A DNA stretch of 64,000 nt, taken from contig OZ024741.1 in assembly GCA_964016885.1 (NCBI GenBank), forward strand, positions 393,576,001 to 393,640,000, given 5' to 3'. Shown one piece after another: positions 23,449 to 36,563 of the stretch. The DNA comes from Eledone cirrhosa (taxonomy: Eukaryota). The notes beneath the pieces are model-generated. The model searched no databases. It saw only the letters and a program-made list of their open reading frames with translations, and had not been told where the DNA came from. Within the stretch, counting starts at the first letter, position 1; each line of letters begins with the position of its first letter. A program made the position numbers and the translations under genes.

Positions 23449-25992
23449 CAACCAAGACGCAGTGTGGCTAAAAGAAATCCAAAAGAACTATTGCTCCTAC
23501 ACTACAACAAAAACATACAAAATAAGTGAGGGTAACCTTGAGACTGTGATAAGAAAACTCCAAGATAAGAAAACACCAGGAAGGGACATGATTGTCGGCT
23601 ACTGGTACAAAAAACTGATATTCTATCGGAGGTATCTTAGCACAAACATTACTGGTCCCCAAGAACAAAGACACCCACTTGGCAAAATACTACCGACCCA
23701 TTGCATGCTAGAACCTGATGTATAAGATGTATACAGCTTGCCTTTCTCCAAGATCACTGTGAAAATAATAACATCATCACAGATGAACAAGCAGCTGGAA
23801 AGAAAGGTGTTTGGGGATGTGCTGAACAACTCCTAATCAACAAAACTGCGATGTCGGAGGTGCAACAACTTAGGAGGAATATATCTACAGTCTGACTGGA
23901 CTACAGGAAAGCTTTCAATTCTGTTCTCCACTCTTGGATGATAGAGGCCCTCCAACTTGCTAAAGTCCCAGACATTATTATCAGACCCATAGAGAAGCTG
24001 TCTTCTTCTTGGGCTACTATCCTAAAGTTAAAGACAGAGAAGGAGAACTCTATTTTCACTGATAAAATAGAATATCACAGGGGTATATTTCAAGGAGACA
24101 GTCTCTCTGTGATATTATTTATCCTGTCATTAAACCCCTTGTCCTTTCTGCTCACAGGAGGACAGAAATACGAACCTAACCCATAATTTCTTTGTGGATG
24201 ATCTGAAACTCTATGCCAAGAACATGGATGGGATGAAGAAAAATCTTGACCTGGTTACAGCATTCTCAAGGGATATAGGAATGGAGTTTGGCCAAGATAA
24301 ATGCTCATATATGACTGTAAAGCGGGGAAAAACAACAACCCAATCTAGCAACATTGTCATCAATGGCCTAACTGTTTCACCGATATCTGATGAGGACTGC
24401 TACAGATACCTGGGGATACATGAGAACATATCCTATAATGGTATCTGTAATAAAGATCACATAACCAGGGAATACTACACCCGATTAAGAAAAATATGGT
24501 CATCAGAACTCTCTGTGCACAACAAAACAGTGGCTCACAATGTGTTTGCTGTGCCTGTCCTAACACCAACGTTTGGAATATTCAATTGGACGATAGACGA
24601 AATCTGAGCAGTTGATGTTGGAACTCGAAAAATACTAAACAGTACCGGAAACTTCCACATCAACAGTGACATAGACCGCCTTTACTTGAAACATAAGCAG
24701 GGAGGCAGAGGCCTAACATCAGTCCAGACAACATTTGAATGTCGCATCATATCTCTCCGACAACATCTACGAACCTCGAAGCATAGGAGCCCGTCTCTCG
24801 AGCAAGTTTATCTGCATGAAACAGGTAAGACCATGAGAGTTGGGAAGGAACTCCTCGAAATATATTCCCCGTGTGATAATCAAAAACTCACACATCAAGT
24901 CGCTCAGCAGTATCGCAGTGAATCCATGGATGAAAAACTGCATGCTTATCAGCAAAAAATCACGCAGAGAAATGTTGCCAGGAAGCTCCAGAGTGAGAGA
25001 AATATAGATAAACAAAGCAGTCTATCTTGGACCAACAACCGCTATATTGGCTCCCACTTTGAAGGATATGCTTTTGCAATCCAAGAACAGGAAATCAACA
25101 CGAAATACCTGATTCACAAAAGAGATAGGGATGCAGGCAAAACACCAAGATGTGATAACAAGTGCAGACTCTGCAGAATTAACATCGAAGATGTAACCCA
25201 TGTCATAAGCAGCTGTCCAAAGATGTCATCGTGGTACTATCTACCTATGAGGCATGATGTAGTGGCCAAAACACTGTACAATGCAATCCGTAGAAAAGAT
25301 AGCCCCAATAATAAACACATTAAAAGCTACAGCAATGTGGAAGACATACATACACATAATATGAAAGAGTACTGCTGGAATGTTCCAGTAAAAACCCCAA
25401 TAAAATGCAAGCATAACAGACCAGATATAATGATATGGGACAGGGAAAAGAAGGCATGCACAGTAGTGGAAGTTAGCTGCCCAGCAGATGCCAATATAAT
25501 ATCAAAGATTAGTGAAAAGGAGAATATTTATTTATGCAGAACTGATGAGATATCTGCAGATACTCCACCCAGATTATATCTTCAGATTTATGCCTGTGGC
25601 TATTGGGGCACTGGGATATGTTAGTAACTGCCTCAATACAAATCTTGAAAAGCTGGGCTTCACAGGAACAGAAAGAACACAGCTAGTTAGGAAATTACAA
25701 GTACAATCCATTAATGGAACAGTAAAAATATGTAAAACATTCCAAAAATGTTGCATCTAATAAGTGCATATACACATGTACAGATACTAAGCATATACAC
25801 ATGCACACATACAACTCAAAACATCCACATCCACACATACAATAACATCCATATCTATATATGCATGCATGCAGACATACATATCTACCTTGTTGATGTT
25901 GTGTAAATTCCAATGAGAGAGTCTTGTGTCTATGTTAGAAACCGACTCTCTCTTTATTGGCAAAAATTTGTGAAATTATAAAACCAGAAGAA
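23449..25992 (+). mobile_element. R4/Dong-like non-LTR retrotransposon (RT + CCHC + restriction-like endonuclease), 5'-truncated
   Basis: LDYRKAFNSV, RGIFQGDSLS, DDLKLY, YRYLG, GGRGL, CRLC...HVISSC, RHD, NRPDI...VVEVSCP. Flanked on both sides by (CATA)n. Confidence 0.9.
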
Positions 25993-26099
25993 CATACATA
26001 CGTACGTACATACATGCATACATACATACATACATGCATGCATTGGGTCTGATAATCAGTCTGGTCAAGACAGTTGTTATGAATCAACCTGTTATGGAC

Positions 26100-26650
26100 G
26101 AGGAATTTACTGAACATAGTATTTATGTGTATGGCTAAACATTGAAGTTTGTGAATGAATTTGTGTATTTAGGCAGCACAGTTAACATGGCACTCTTGAT
26201 GATGAAATCTCTTTATGTCTAAAGAAAGCAAGTCATTCTTTTGATAAATTAGATGGGTATCTCTAGTGTTGTATGCATATGAAATTTTGGTCATATACCA
26301 AGGAAATATAAAAATGTTTGTACATTTTCATCAATGTTGTCTTTGCTGACTACTCAGTATCCATTGGAGATCACATATGAGTGATGTTGAAGTACTGGAA
26401 TGAAGTCAAGTCATTTTCAAAGTATTTAAGCTCTCATAATTCAGTATAGATTGCACTGGAGCAGCCATGATATAAGAATGTCAGATCATCATATTCCTAA
26501 GCAGTTAGTATATGGGAGGTTAGTCAAAGCCAAATGAACAAATCATAGATCAAAACTCAGGTATAAAGACTGCATCAAAAAGAGCTTTGGTAAAGTAAAA
26601 AATCAGAGAAGATAACTCATCTTCGAGGAAAACAGTGCTTAATGGAAAAA
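26100..26650 (+). mobile_element. Highly decayed RTE C-terminal fragment
   Basis: EFVYLGS and RMSDHHIPKQLVYG remnants, similar to 30360-30800. Confidence 0.55.
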
Positions 26651-27519
26651 TAGAAATATGAAAAATCTCATGTGGAGCATGAAACATTTAAGAGAGGTCT
26701 AAGTAAGGGTGTATACAATATTATTTTACCTGGATTTGCAATGAGTGTGGATGAATTTGCCTCAGTAGAGCTGGTCTTAGAAGTCATCATAGAAGCAATG
26801 TACACAATGTTGCCGATTATGGTCTTTTTGGCAATTCTTCCTGTTTGGAAGTATGAAAAACAATGTGCCTTGGTCGGTAGACCACAATGTCATTTGAAAA
26901 CTAACCAAAACAAAATAGGGAACCAAAGTGGAAGTAATGTTCATCACTGCAGCATATGCAGAAAGAAATATAAATCATGTATGTATGTTGAGTTTTTTTC
27001 ATCCCACAGTGTGTCCAAATACCACCCTCATCACCAAGCAAGTTCGGTGGGGTTGCCGGTTTAGTCACCGATGACCTGACCATGAAACAGGTTGTACTAG
27101 ATTACATGTTACCGGTAATGCTCAAGTGCAACCTGACATAACAAAACTCGAGAAAGGGCGGCGGAACTCAATAGAGTCAACAGCCATCCAAATACTGTGT
27201 TCCTGTGTGTGGGTGTATGAGTACTCTATTTGTATATACTTATGTATATGCATTTTTTTTGTGTGTGTATATGTGTGTGTATGTGTGTATATGTATATGT
27301 ATGTGTGTGTGTATGTATGTGTGTGTGTATGTGTATGTGTATATTTGATATATCCTGTCTGTTTGCATACGTATACCTTTTTGTATACATTTTAAAATCT
27401 TTTAGCTCTTAATTCTTTTAACTTTTTCAATCTTTAAATCTTTTGTCTCTTATATATCCTCTGATGTAAAGGAGTGTGCTTTTACATATACATGTTTTTT
27501 TTTTTTAAATAGTGTGTAC

Positions 27520-30500
27520 ACATGTGTGCGGGGACAAGAAATACCTGGGTTGGCACCCAGATGTGCAGATAGCCCACTGGGAGTGAGATGCCCTCTTAGC
27601 TGTTGTCACAACACTTCTCTAGGAGAGGGAACCCCCAAATAAACACCTGCGGTATTGAGGGCACCCGATGATGTTGACCAGTTTTTCTTTTCGGTACATG
27701 CTCTCCATGCTCAGAGAGTGGTATTAGTTCTGTGCAAGGCTTTTCTTCACTTTAAAAAATATCAAGCATAGGCATCGCCTTATCAATTTGAACAAATAAT
27801 TTGTTGCATTGTGGCTGGCCGTAGCCAAGAAAGGCAAAAATATTCAATGATGAACCATGATAATGTATGAATTAATGGAGGCTCTGGAACTGATGGTAAA
27901 AGTGTCTAGCCTGGCAGGTGTCCCATGGCACTGCATCCTGCCACTGCGAAGAAGTTAAAACCTATGAATATCGGTTGCTGGAACATCCTGACCTTATTAG
28001 ATTTGGTGTCTTCAGAGCCACAACCAGAAAGATCAGCTCTTGTTGCCAAAGTGCTGGGTCGATACAATATGGATATTGTTGCCTTATCTGAAACAAGGCT
28101 ACTCGAAGAAGGTCATATCACTGAAATGTCCAGTGACTACACGTTTTACTGGAGTGGCAGAGCAGCAGGATAAAAAGGGAGGAGGCAGGTGTGGCTTTTG
28201 CAATGAGAACGTCTTTGGTGTCGACACTTGACCAGTTTCAGTGTGGCATCAGTGATCATCTCATGTCAATGAGAATTCCTCTGATGTACAATCACTACCT
28301 TACCATTGTCAGTGTATATACCCCGACAATGAACTCCAATAAAGATGAGAAACTTGCTTTTTACAGGTCGCTGAAGGAACTTGTCAAAAAGATTCCTTCA
28401 ACAGACAAAATTGTCGTACTTGGTGATTTCAATGCACGTGTTGGCAGGGATTATGAGACTTGGGATGTGATCGGCAGACATGGCATAGGGAAATGTAACA
28501 GCAATGCGCTTCTCTTGCTACAGATGTGTGTGGAGTTAGATTTGTTCATTGCAAACACGATGTTCCAACAAAAAGATAAATTCAAGACAACATGGATGTA
28601 CCCTGGGTCGAAGGTGTGGCATCTGATCGACTTTGTTCTTGTGAAGAAACGTGACATGCAGGATATCAAGCATGTGCGTGTTCTGCATGGCATAGAATGC
28701 TGAAAAGACCATTGTATAGTGCGCGCCAAGGCAAACTTCGTGATCAAACCACAAACAAGAGCAAATGGTGCCAAGATTCCAAATCACTTGAATATAGATC
28801 ATATGAAAGATAAGGGTGTCAAGGAAGAGCTGTGTCGCAGGATTGAAAACATTGATTGTGCAAACAACTGGAATGACTTTAGGAGCTCAGTCTATGATGC
28901 TTCAGCAGAGGTACTTGGCTTTGTCACAAGAAAACACAAGGACTGGTTTGATGAGAAGGAAGTCAAGGCTCTGTTGGACAGAAAACGAAAGGCACTCGAT
29001 GCAGTTCTTAAAGGTTGTAGCTCTGTTGTTGACAATTATGAACGTTGTTATGAGCGTAAAGAAGGAAGTGCAGGTGAAACTCTGGGCTAAGCAAAATAGC
29101 TGGTGGAGCAACAAAGCAGATGAAGTTCAAGCAGCATCTGATGGCAACAATGTGAAACTGTTGCACACTCTACTCAGAGAAGTGTATGGCCCTTTCAGCT
29201 CACCAGTGACACCCTTAGAGATCAAAAGATGGCAAGCAGTTACTACGCGACCCAAAAGACATACTCGACAGATGGAGAGATCACTTTGATGAGCTCTTAA
29301 ACCAGCCATCCCAGGTTGATGATGATTTCATTTGCTCCATTTCTATTGAACCAGTGAAGCATGAGATGGCTGATGTACCTTCTCTTGCAGAGGCGACTTC
29401 TGCTGTGCATAAGCTGAACTGTGGTAAGTCTCCTGGTAGGGATGATCTGAGTGTAGAAGTTTTGAAGTGCGACGGTGGAAACTTCATGCAGCGCCTGACT
29501 GACCTCATGAAAAAGGTGTGGGAAGATGAGGGTATCCCACAAGATTGGAAGGATGCGCTCATGGTGATTCTCCATAAAGGAAAGGGTGGGAAAGACAAAT
29601 GTGGCAATTTTCGTGGCATATCACTTCTTTCAGTGGTTGGTAAAGTCATGTGTTGAATTTTGATGGATAGATTGATCTCAAGGGTTGCTCTGAATGTGTT
29701 GCCTGAGTCGCAGTGTGGGTTCAGAAACGAAAGAGGAACAGTGGATATGATCTTCTCTACACGGCAGCTGTAAGAAAAGTGTATCGAACAATGTAAGGAC
29801 CTTTACCAGGTCTTTGTTGACTCGACAAAGGCCTTTGACACTGTCAATTGAACTGCAAAGTTTGTGAAGATTTTGCCCTCCAAAGTTTGTGAAGATTTTG
29901 CATCTTTTTCTGGATGACATGAAGGCTTTGGTCAGTATTGGTGGTAGCATCTCTGAACCAATATCACTTGAAAATGGAGTGAAGCAGGGGGACATTCCAG
30001 CTCCAACTCTGTTTTCCTTATATTTTATGATAGTGTTTCTCATGGCATTCAGGAAAATTTGTTCGCATGGAGTTTACATGGGGTATCACACTTCAGGAAG
30101 GTTGTTCAACATCAGGTGCTTTGGTGCAAGCACAAAGGTATTAACATCTATAATCCGAGAGTTTTTGTATGCCGATGACTGCGATCTTTTTGCATACTCA
30201 CAAATTGAGATGCAGCATATTATGAACTCTTTTTCTGAAGCTTGCAGTGCTTTGGGCGTCACAATAAGCTTGGAAAAGACTGTTGTGATGTATCAGCCAG
30301 CACCTGGAAAAGAATACACTACACCAAGTGTGTACGTGTACGGAAAGAAGCTAAAAGTTGCTGACAGGTTTGTGTACGTTGGTAGTACGTTGAACACTGT
30401 ATGATGAAATATCTTTAAGAATCAAGAAAGCCAGAGTTGCTTTTGGACGGCTGCCTGAACTAGACTAGGTATCACCATCGAAACCAGGGTAAAAGTTTAT

Positions 30501-31312
30501 CTGACTTGTGTCATCTCCTCTTCGCTTTACGCTTGTGAAACATGGGTCACATACAGAAATCACCTCAAGGAACTGGAGAGGTTTCACCAACAATCTCTTT
30601 GTAAGTTACTTGGAGTGTGATGGAAAATGTTCGTCAGTGATTTGGAAATTCTTGAACGGAGCAGGTGCGTAACTATAGAGAGCATGATCTTTTGGCATCG
30701 GTTGAAGTGGTGCGGTCACGTGGTCAGGATGTCTGATGATCATATTCCAAAGCAACTTTTCCACGGAGAACTGTGTGAAGGAAGGAGACAACCGCACAAA
30801 CCAAAAATGCGGTACCGAGACTGACGAATGGGAGAAAATGACCGAGGAACGTGGGAAGTGGAGACTTTTGATCAAGTCAGGAAGTGAACACTTTGAAACT
30901 CGTCAAAGAGAACACCTAACACTGAAAATGAAGATGAGGAAAGGAGACTGTTCTGAACTGCCTGCTGTTGGGAAACATCTGGTTTGCCAGCCCTGTGGTC
31001 GAGTCTGCCTGAGTAAAGCTGGTTTGACTAGACACGAACAAAGTCATATCAGTAGACCTCATGTAGATCATGATCTGAAAAGGTCTAATGAATGTGGCAA
31101 GAAATGTGCAAGCATGGGAGGTCTTAAAAGACATATGAGAACACAGTCAGAACCAAGCAGTGGAAAGTCCCAGAGGAGCCTACAGTTGCCATGTATGTGC
31201 CAGAGGGTGCAAGTCTTTGGCTAGTTTAAAGAGCCACATTCGTGCCTCACATTTTTGAGCATTTTATCAGGCGATGGCAATGTTCGATCATGAGTTTGCA
31301 GTCATCATCATG
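27520..31312 (+). mobile_element. Near full-length RTE (BovB-like) LINE with C-terminal C2H2 fingers, pseudogenised
   Basis: CWNI.TL, ALSETRL, LGDFNARVG, HLIDFVL, NFRGISLLS, GVKQGD..APTLF, LYADD, CQPCGRVC...HEQSH; several stops and frameshifts. Confidence 0.93.
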
Positions 31313-31739
31313 ATGTATGTATGTAGAAGTAGATCGGACAACACACACACAGTCTTTTTCGGGGGGAGGGCGCGGGGTAAGTTTTATTTAATTTCGTATT
31401 CTCAAACATCCAAATTCGACAAATGTTTGCCCCCACTTGATTCTGCAAATAACCAGACAGAAGTTGTGAAAGTTGCATAAATATTTTTATATATTTTCCC
31501 AATGCAATCATTTGTTTGCATTTTATTTATACCCTAATGCATTTTAATCAAATATGGCTAAATTTCAAATTTTGAAAAGAAAAGAAAAGGGACAAATGAA
31601 ATAGATACATTTCACTGCTCCCACCACCACATTTACGTCTACACTTTCCCCACCACCACATTTACACTCACACAAGTCAATCTCCAATCTATTTCTAGAC
31701 TAAAAAGTCACTGACCTTGCAACCTGCTAACCAAGCTCC

Positions 31740-34700
31740 CTTACTTTTATTCAAAAGAAAAAAAAATTAAAAAAACCTTATTTAGTAAGAAAAAAAAAGG
31801 GAAACAAAAGGAAGAAGGAATAAGGAAATATAGAAAAAAAAAGAGAGAAAGAAAGAAGAAAAAGAACGGGAAAGGGAAGGGATGGCAAGAGTTCTGGTAT
31901 CGCAGAAGAGAGGGGCTGAGGGGAAGGGTGATTGGGCTTTGGGCCTAGGGCAAAGGGGAAGGAGTGCTGCGCCCCGTGGACAAGACGGCAAAAGCATCCC
32001 CTGGGCGATAACCAGTGATACCCGCTGCAACAGTCACCCAACCTAGCGGGGCTGCCTCGTCAGACGGGCTGCCGACCTTCCGATCTTGTGGCGGAGCTCA
32101 GCAGTACGGGGTCTAAGTATACCTGAGGTCACAACAACGACACGTGTGAAGAGGAAGCGGCCGGCCAAACCGTATTGATATTTGTTAATTTTGCGTTTTT
32201 CTGCGAGGCGGGCCAAGATGCTGGGGTTTGTGGCTGAAGCGACTAAGTTGGAGGCGGAGAACGTGTTGAAGCAGGTGGCATCCCAGATGAGGGATCTATC
32301 TCCTTCGAATGGGAAGAGGGTGATTCCATTGGGGCGTTTGCCATCTCTGCAGTCCAGGCCTGCTGGCTCCAGTTGAGATGGAAAGCCAGCTGCGTCCAGA
32401 CTTCTTCTCAATATGTCGTTGAGAGTGGCATGTCGGGGGAACCGGCCTGCGCTCTGGCGGCAAGACAGGGTGCAAGCCGAACTTATTAACAACTTCCCTG
32501 CAGCAGCATTTATGTGGATCACACACGCGGAGGCCAAGGCGTTGAGCTACTCCGATGCGAGTGCACTCATCCTCTAGTAGGGTACAAGTTGATGAGGAGG
32601 GCACAGAATTGAGCTAATCACCGCTGTTGGGCTGAGAAGTGGAGTGGAGGCAGGCGAGGTGGTGTTGCTCCAAGCCAGACTCGATCCGCCCGACAGAAGA
32701 CCTGCAATTGATGTCACCCCAGTTATGTTGGATCGTAGTATACTGGGGGATAGAGAGGGCTTCGCCTGTCCAGTAGGCCAGAGCCTGTTCCATCTTGGGG
32801 GCCAGGTTAGGTTCGGCCGTCTGGATGAGAACCTCGCTGATGAGAGCACGAGAAGAGGAGATAGAGGAGAGGTAGGCAGATAATGCTAGGTCCGAAGCTG
32901 ATTGGAGGCTAAGGCTACAGAACCTCGCTGGGAGTGTCGCCTGTTGCCAGCCTGCGCTGTCAAACTAACATTGAAGATGAGTTTCGCACAGCGTCGAATG
33001 GTGGCGTCAAATTCCCCTAGAAAATCTGCGTTGGGGTGGCAAGGTGCCTTGTACAGTGTGAATGTGAGTTTGGGAAGGGTGAACCAGTCTCTCAAGAGGA
33101 AGACTGCAGGGTGAGCGTCAATGAGGCGCAGCCTTTCTGCTAATCGGTAGAAATCTGCGTGCTTGGTCTCCAGGCATTCTCTTGTGGCTTTCAGGAGAAT
33201 GGGGGAGCAGAGAATGCATGCGGCGTCCTTGAAGGTCGGCCAAGCACCGACCAGGAAGAGGTCGGAACAGAGTACGGCATTGCAGAATTCAGCATCTCCC
33301 TAGCTGATGTTGGTAACCTCAGACTTGGTTGGGTTGACCTCAAGTCCGAGGAGATTCAGAGCTGGAATGATATGTCGGAGGTCCTCAACCACCGTCTCAG
33401 CCGGCTCGCCCAAGGTCGTGTCATTGAGGTACCAGGCATTGAGGGGTAACTGGACCGACCGGGCTACGTTGTCGACTGCCAGCGCAAATAGGAACGAGCT
33501 GAGTGGATCCCTCTACTGGACACCTGTGGCGGAAGTAACCCTGTTGTCAGCGGCCAGGAGTGAGCTGGGTCTTCTGTACGAAAGGTGAACGAGGAGGTAG
33601 ATGGAGGGGGCTCGTCTGATCCCGTCTAACTCTGTTGAAGGCGTTAGTCATGTTCAGCTTTACGAGGAGGTGGGGTGACGAGGGAGGCGCGTGCTCTATG
33701 AAGTGTTTGGCCACATGAGCTGCAGCCTCACAACCGCACTTGATTCCCACTCCGAGCTGGACGGGGCTTAGCACCTCGTTCAGGTCGTCTTTGACTGACT
33801 TGCAAGTTATCTTAGCTGCAAGTCATCAGAAGACGCTACCCACCGCGATGGGGCGGACGCCTCCGTCATTCTTCCTCAGAGTGGTTAAGCTGGCTGAGAA
33901 GAAAAGATCGCAGGCATGGCTGGGCAAGTTGGCACGGAGGAGACAGTTGGTGAGGGCTGTCAATGACTGGAGCAGTCGGACCCCTGCTTCCACCGCGTGA
34001 GACGAGATAAGGTCTTGGAGGTGGCCGGGGCGCAAGCTGTCTACTCCACCACCGCTGCTACCAGGAAAAGATCTTAGGGTGGCTACCACGTCCTCGCTGG
34101 ACGCTGCCGGGGAGAGATTGCTGGCCGGGGCTGGAGCATCCCTGATGTCGGTAGGAGGGTCCAGATGTTTGAGGCGGAGTGCTGACAGAACATCCAGTGT
34201 TGGTGGGAGCACAGCGGCGCTTGAGGCCAGCACACGAACAGCTGCCGAGATGTCACCTTCAATTAGTTTGAGGTTGACTCTGTCCCGGAGACATTTCCTG
34301 CTGTCGTGGGTAGACTGGAGTCATTGTGTTGGCACAAGTGGGCAGCACAAGAGTGCCAAGAGGCTTGGGGGCGAAGGGTCGTAGAAAGAGGTGATATTGC
34401 CCTTGAGCCTCGAAGCCAGGGAGGGGCCCGATCTGTCTCTCACTGTTGGGTTCCCCACAAATGGGATCCTGAGTAAGAGAGTAGCAAAACTGAACAATCT
34501 GGTCCAGTACCGTGGATTGCCCGAGTCAAGTACTTGGTCGATTAAAGTTACTAGCGCTTCAGCCACGGGAGTGCGGGCAGACCTGGGTATCCTGGTGATG
34601 ACTTTCCCTGGCTGCCTGAGGCGGAAGATCGCCACCAGACACTCGTCCGAGTTGAACGCGTTCAGGTCCCTGGCAAGTCAGGCGCCCGTGACCACCACGG

Positions 34701-35640
34701 TGTCAGGGTGGATAGACATGATCGGCAGTGCCACCAGTGCAAAGAATCCGATGCGCATCTTGTGAGTTTGACGCAAGAGAGGTGGAAGAATTGTTGTAGT
34801 AGGAGCAATTCCTTCCTCTCTTGCACTTGTTGTGCGTGTCGCACGAGTGGCATTGGTCAACTATCTTTGGGGTGGAAGGTTGAGGAAAGGCAGGCATTGC
34901 GTTCAGAGGTGCAGGAGGTCAAATCTTCCGCCATATGGCTAAGGAGAAGAGTTGCCTGGACCGCATGAAATAGGCTGGGACAAGCTAGACTGGACGGTTG
35001 TAAACTTTGCCTAGGGGCGAGTGCACGCATGGTGTTGAGACGAATGCCGTGTGTGTCCGGGCACGTTAAGCAGCAAGTTCGATAACAGTGAAGGAGAAAA
35101 AAAAGGGGGGGGGGAGAAAGGGGAGAAAAAAGAGAAGAGAAGAAAAGAAAAAAAAAGTTTTTTTTTAGAGCAATGAGTCACATAGACGAAGGAGAAAGGA
35201 GGTAAAAAATTGAAGAAGGAGCCATGAGGTCCTGAGATGCACCGAAACGAAGAAGTGCCGAGATGGACGTCGTGTATGTGTGTGTGTGTGTGTGCGAGCA
35301 TGCATTCAAAACGGCAAATTCGACAAAAGTGTAAAGTTGGAGTTGAAAGTAAAGCACCGAAGAGAGGAAGCCGAAACTGGAGAATTCCGAGAAGTGTCAG
35401 AGACTGTGAAGGAAAAAGGAACAAGTATGTGATGTGTTCACAAGACACGTGTCAAGCGCGATCACGAACATTTAGTACAGGAGTGGCACCAAACTGGGCC
35501 CCGAAGCTGTCGATAAAAGAGACCTTCTTCAGTACAGGCTGTTGTGGTGTGACCCGAAAGAGCTTTGACCGCCGCCTCCAGCAGGTCAAGCAACTACATA
35601 GAGGCCCTCACTCCCTTGCTTCAAGCAAACACAATTGTAG
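31740..35640 (-). mobile_element. CRE-clade non-LTR retrotransposon (RT + RLE), near full-length, GC-rich
   Basis: GGVRPIAVG, QLGVG...GCEA..H, NAFNRV, RHATLND...LEP.GL...DGKRP.G.TL.PF..DRSLIWDAT. Frameshifts present. Ends approximate. Confidence 0.9.
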
Positions 35641-35987
35641 TAGGGATTAAGCATAGGATCCGTATACTGGTGATTCCTGATATATATATATATACTAACA
35701 GAGACAGAAGGACAAACACGGAGAGAGATATGAACTTTCCTTTCAAAATATATATGCAAAAATTAATAATTTTTCTTCCACTTTTTATTATTATTATTTG
35801 TATAAATATGGAACTTAACCATATTATGCATATCCGCAGTTGACAATACATATAATACTGAAACCGGTACCATTATTAAATGCGGAAATATCATCTTTAT
35901 AAATATATAAAAAAGTAAATAAATGTTTTGATATTACACTGAAAGAATCTCTTCAGAATTTTCTACTAAAAAAATCTTTTTCCTTTC

Positions 35988-36029
<42 letters not shown>

Positions 36030-36033
<4 letters not shown>

Positions 36034-36483
36034 AGTTAAAGACTTAGTTGATATATAATCAACTGACTTATGTGTATAACAGAAACGAAGCATTCAACAG
36101 CTAATATTTATCTGGAGTATTATGATAATAATAGTAATAAACGAAAGATATATACTTTATAACATCCCTATTTATTTCATTATATATATTTCGGGGATGC
36201 AAAGTTTTATGTGTAACATAAATCAGAGCATGCCCTCATCAGATAAAATACATATGAGATGTATAATTTTTTTCATGATATCCCAGCATCAACGATCTTG
36301 ATAGATCAGTGTCAGGCAAGTATACGAGTGTAAAAAAAACTCTCAGAATTTCTTAGGATGTAATATTAGTGTCAAAATAAAAACAGTTAATTTAAAACAC
36401 TTCATATGTTTTTTAAAATACCGTAATTAGATTGGTTGGAAAAAAGAGCGTTATATATTATATATGTAGCTTATTATCAAAGT

Positions 36484-36563
<80 letters not shown>

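Noticed and set aside
31411-35327. 13-bp CAAATTCGACAAA on both sides of the CRE ORF as a possible TSD
   Set aside because: Not clearly at the element termini; may be chance.
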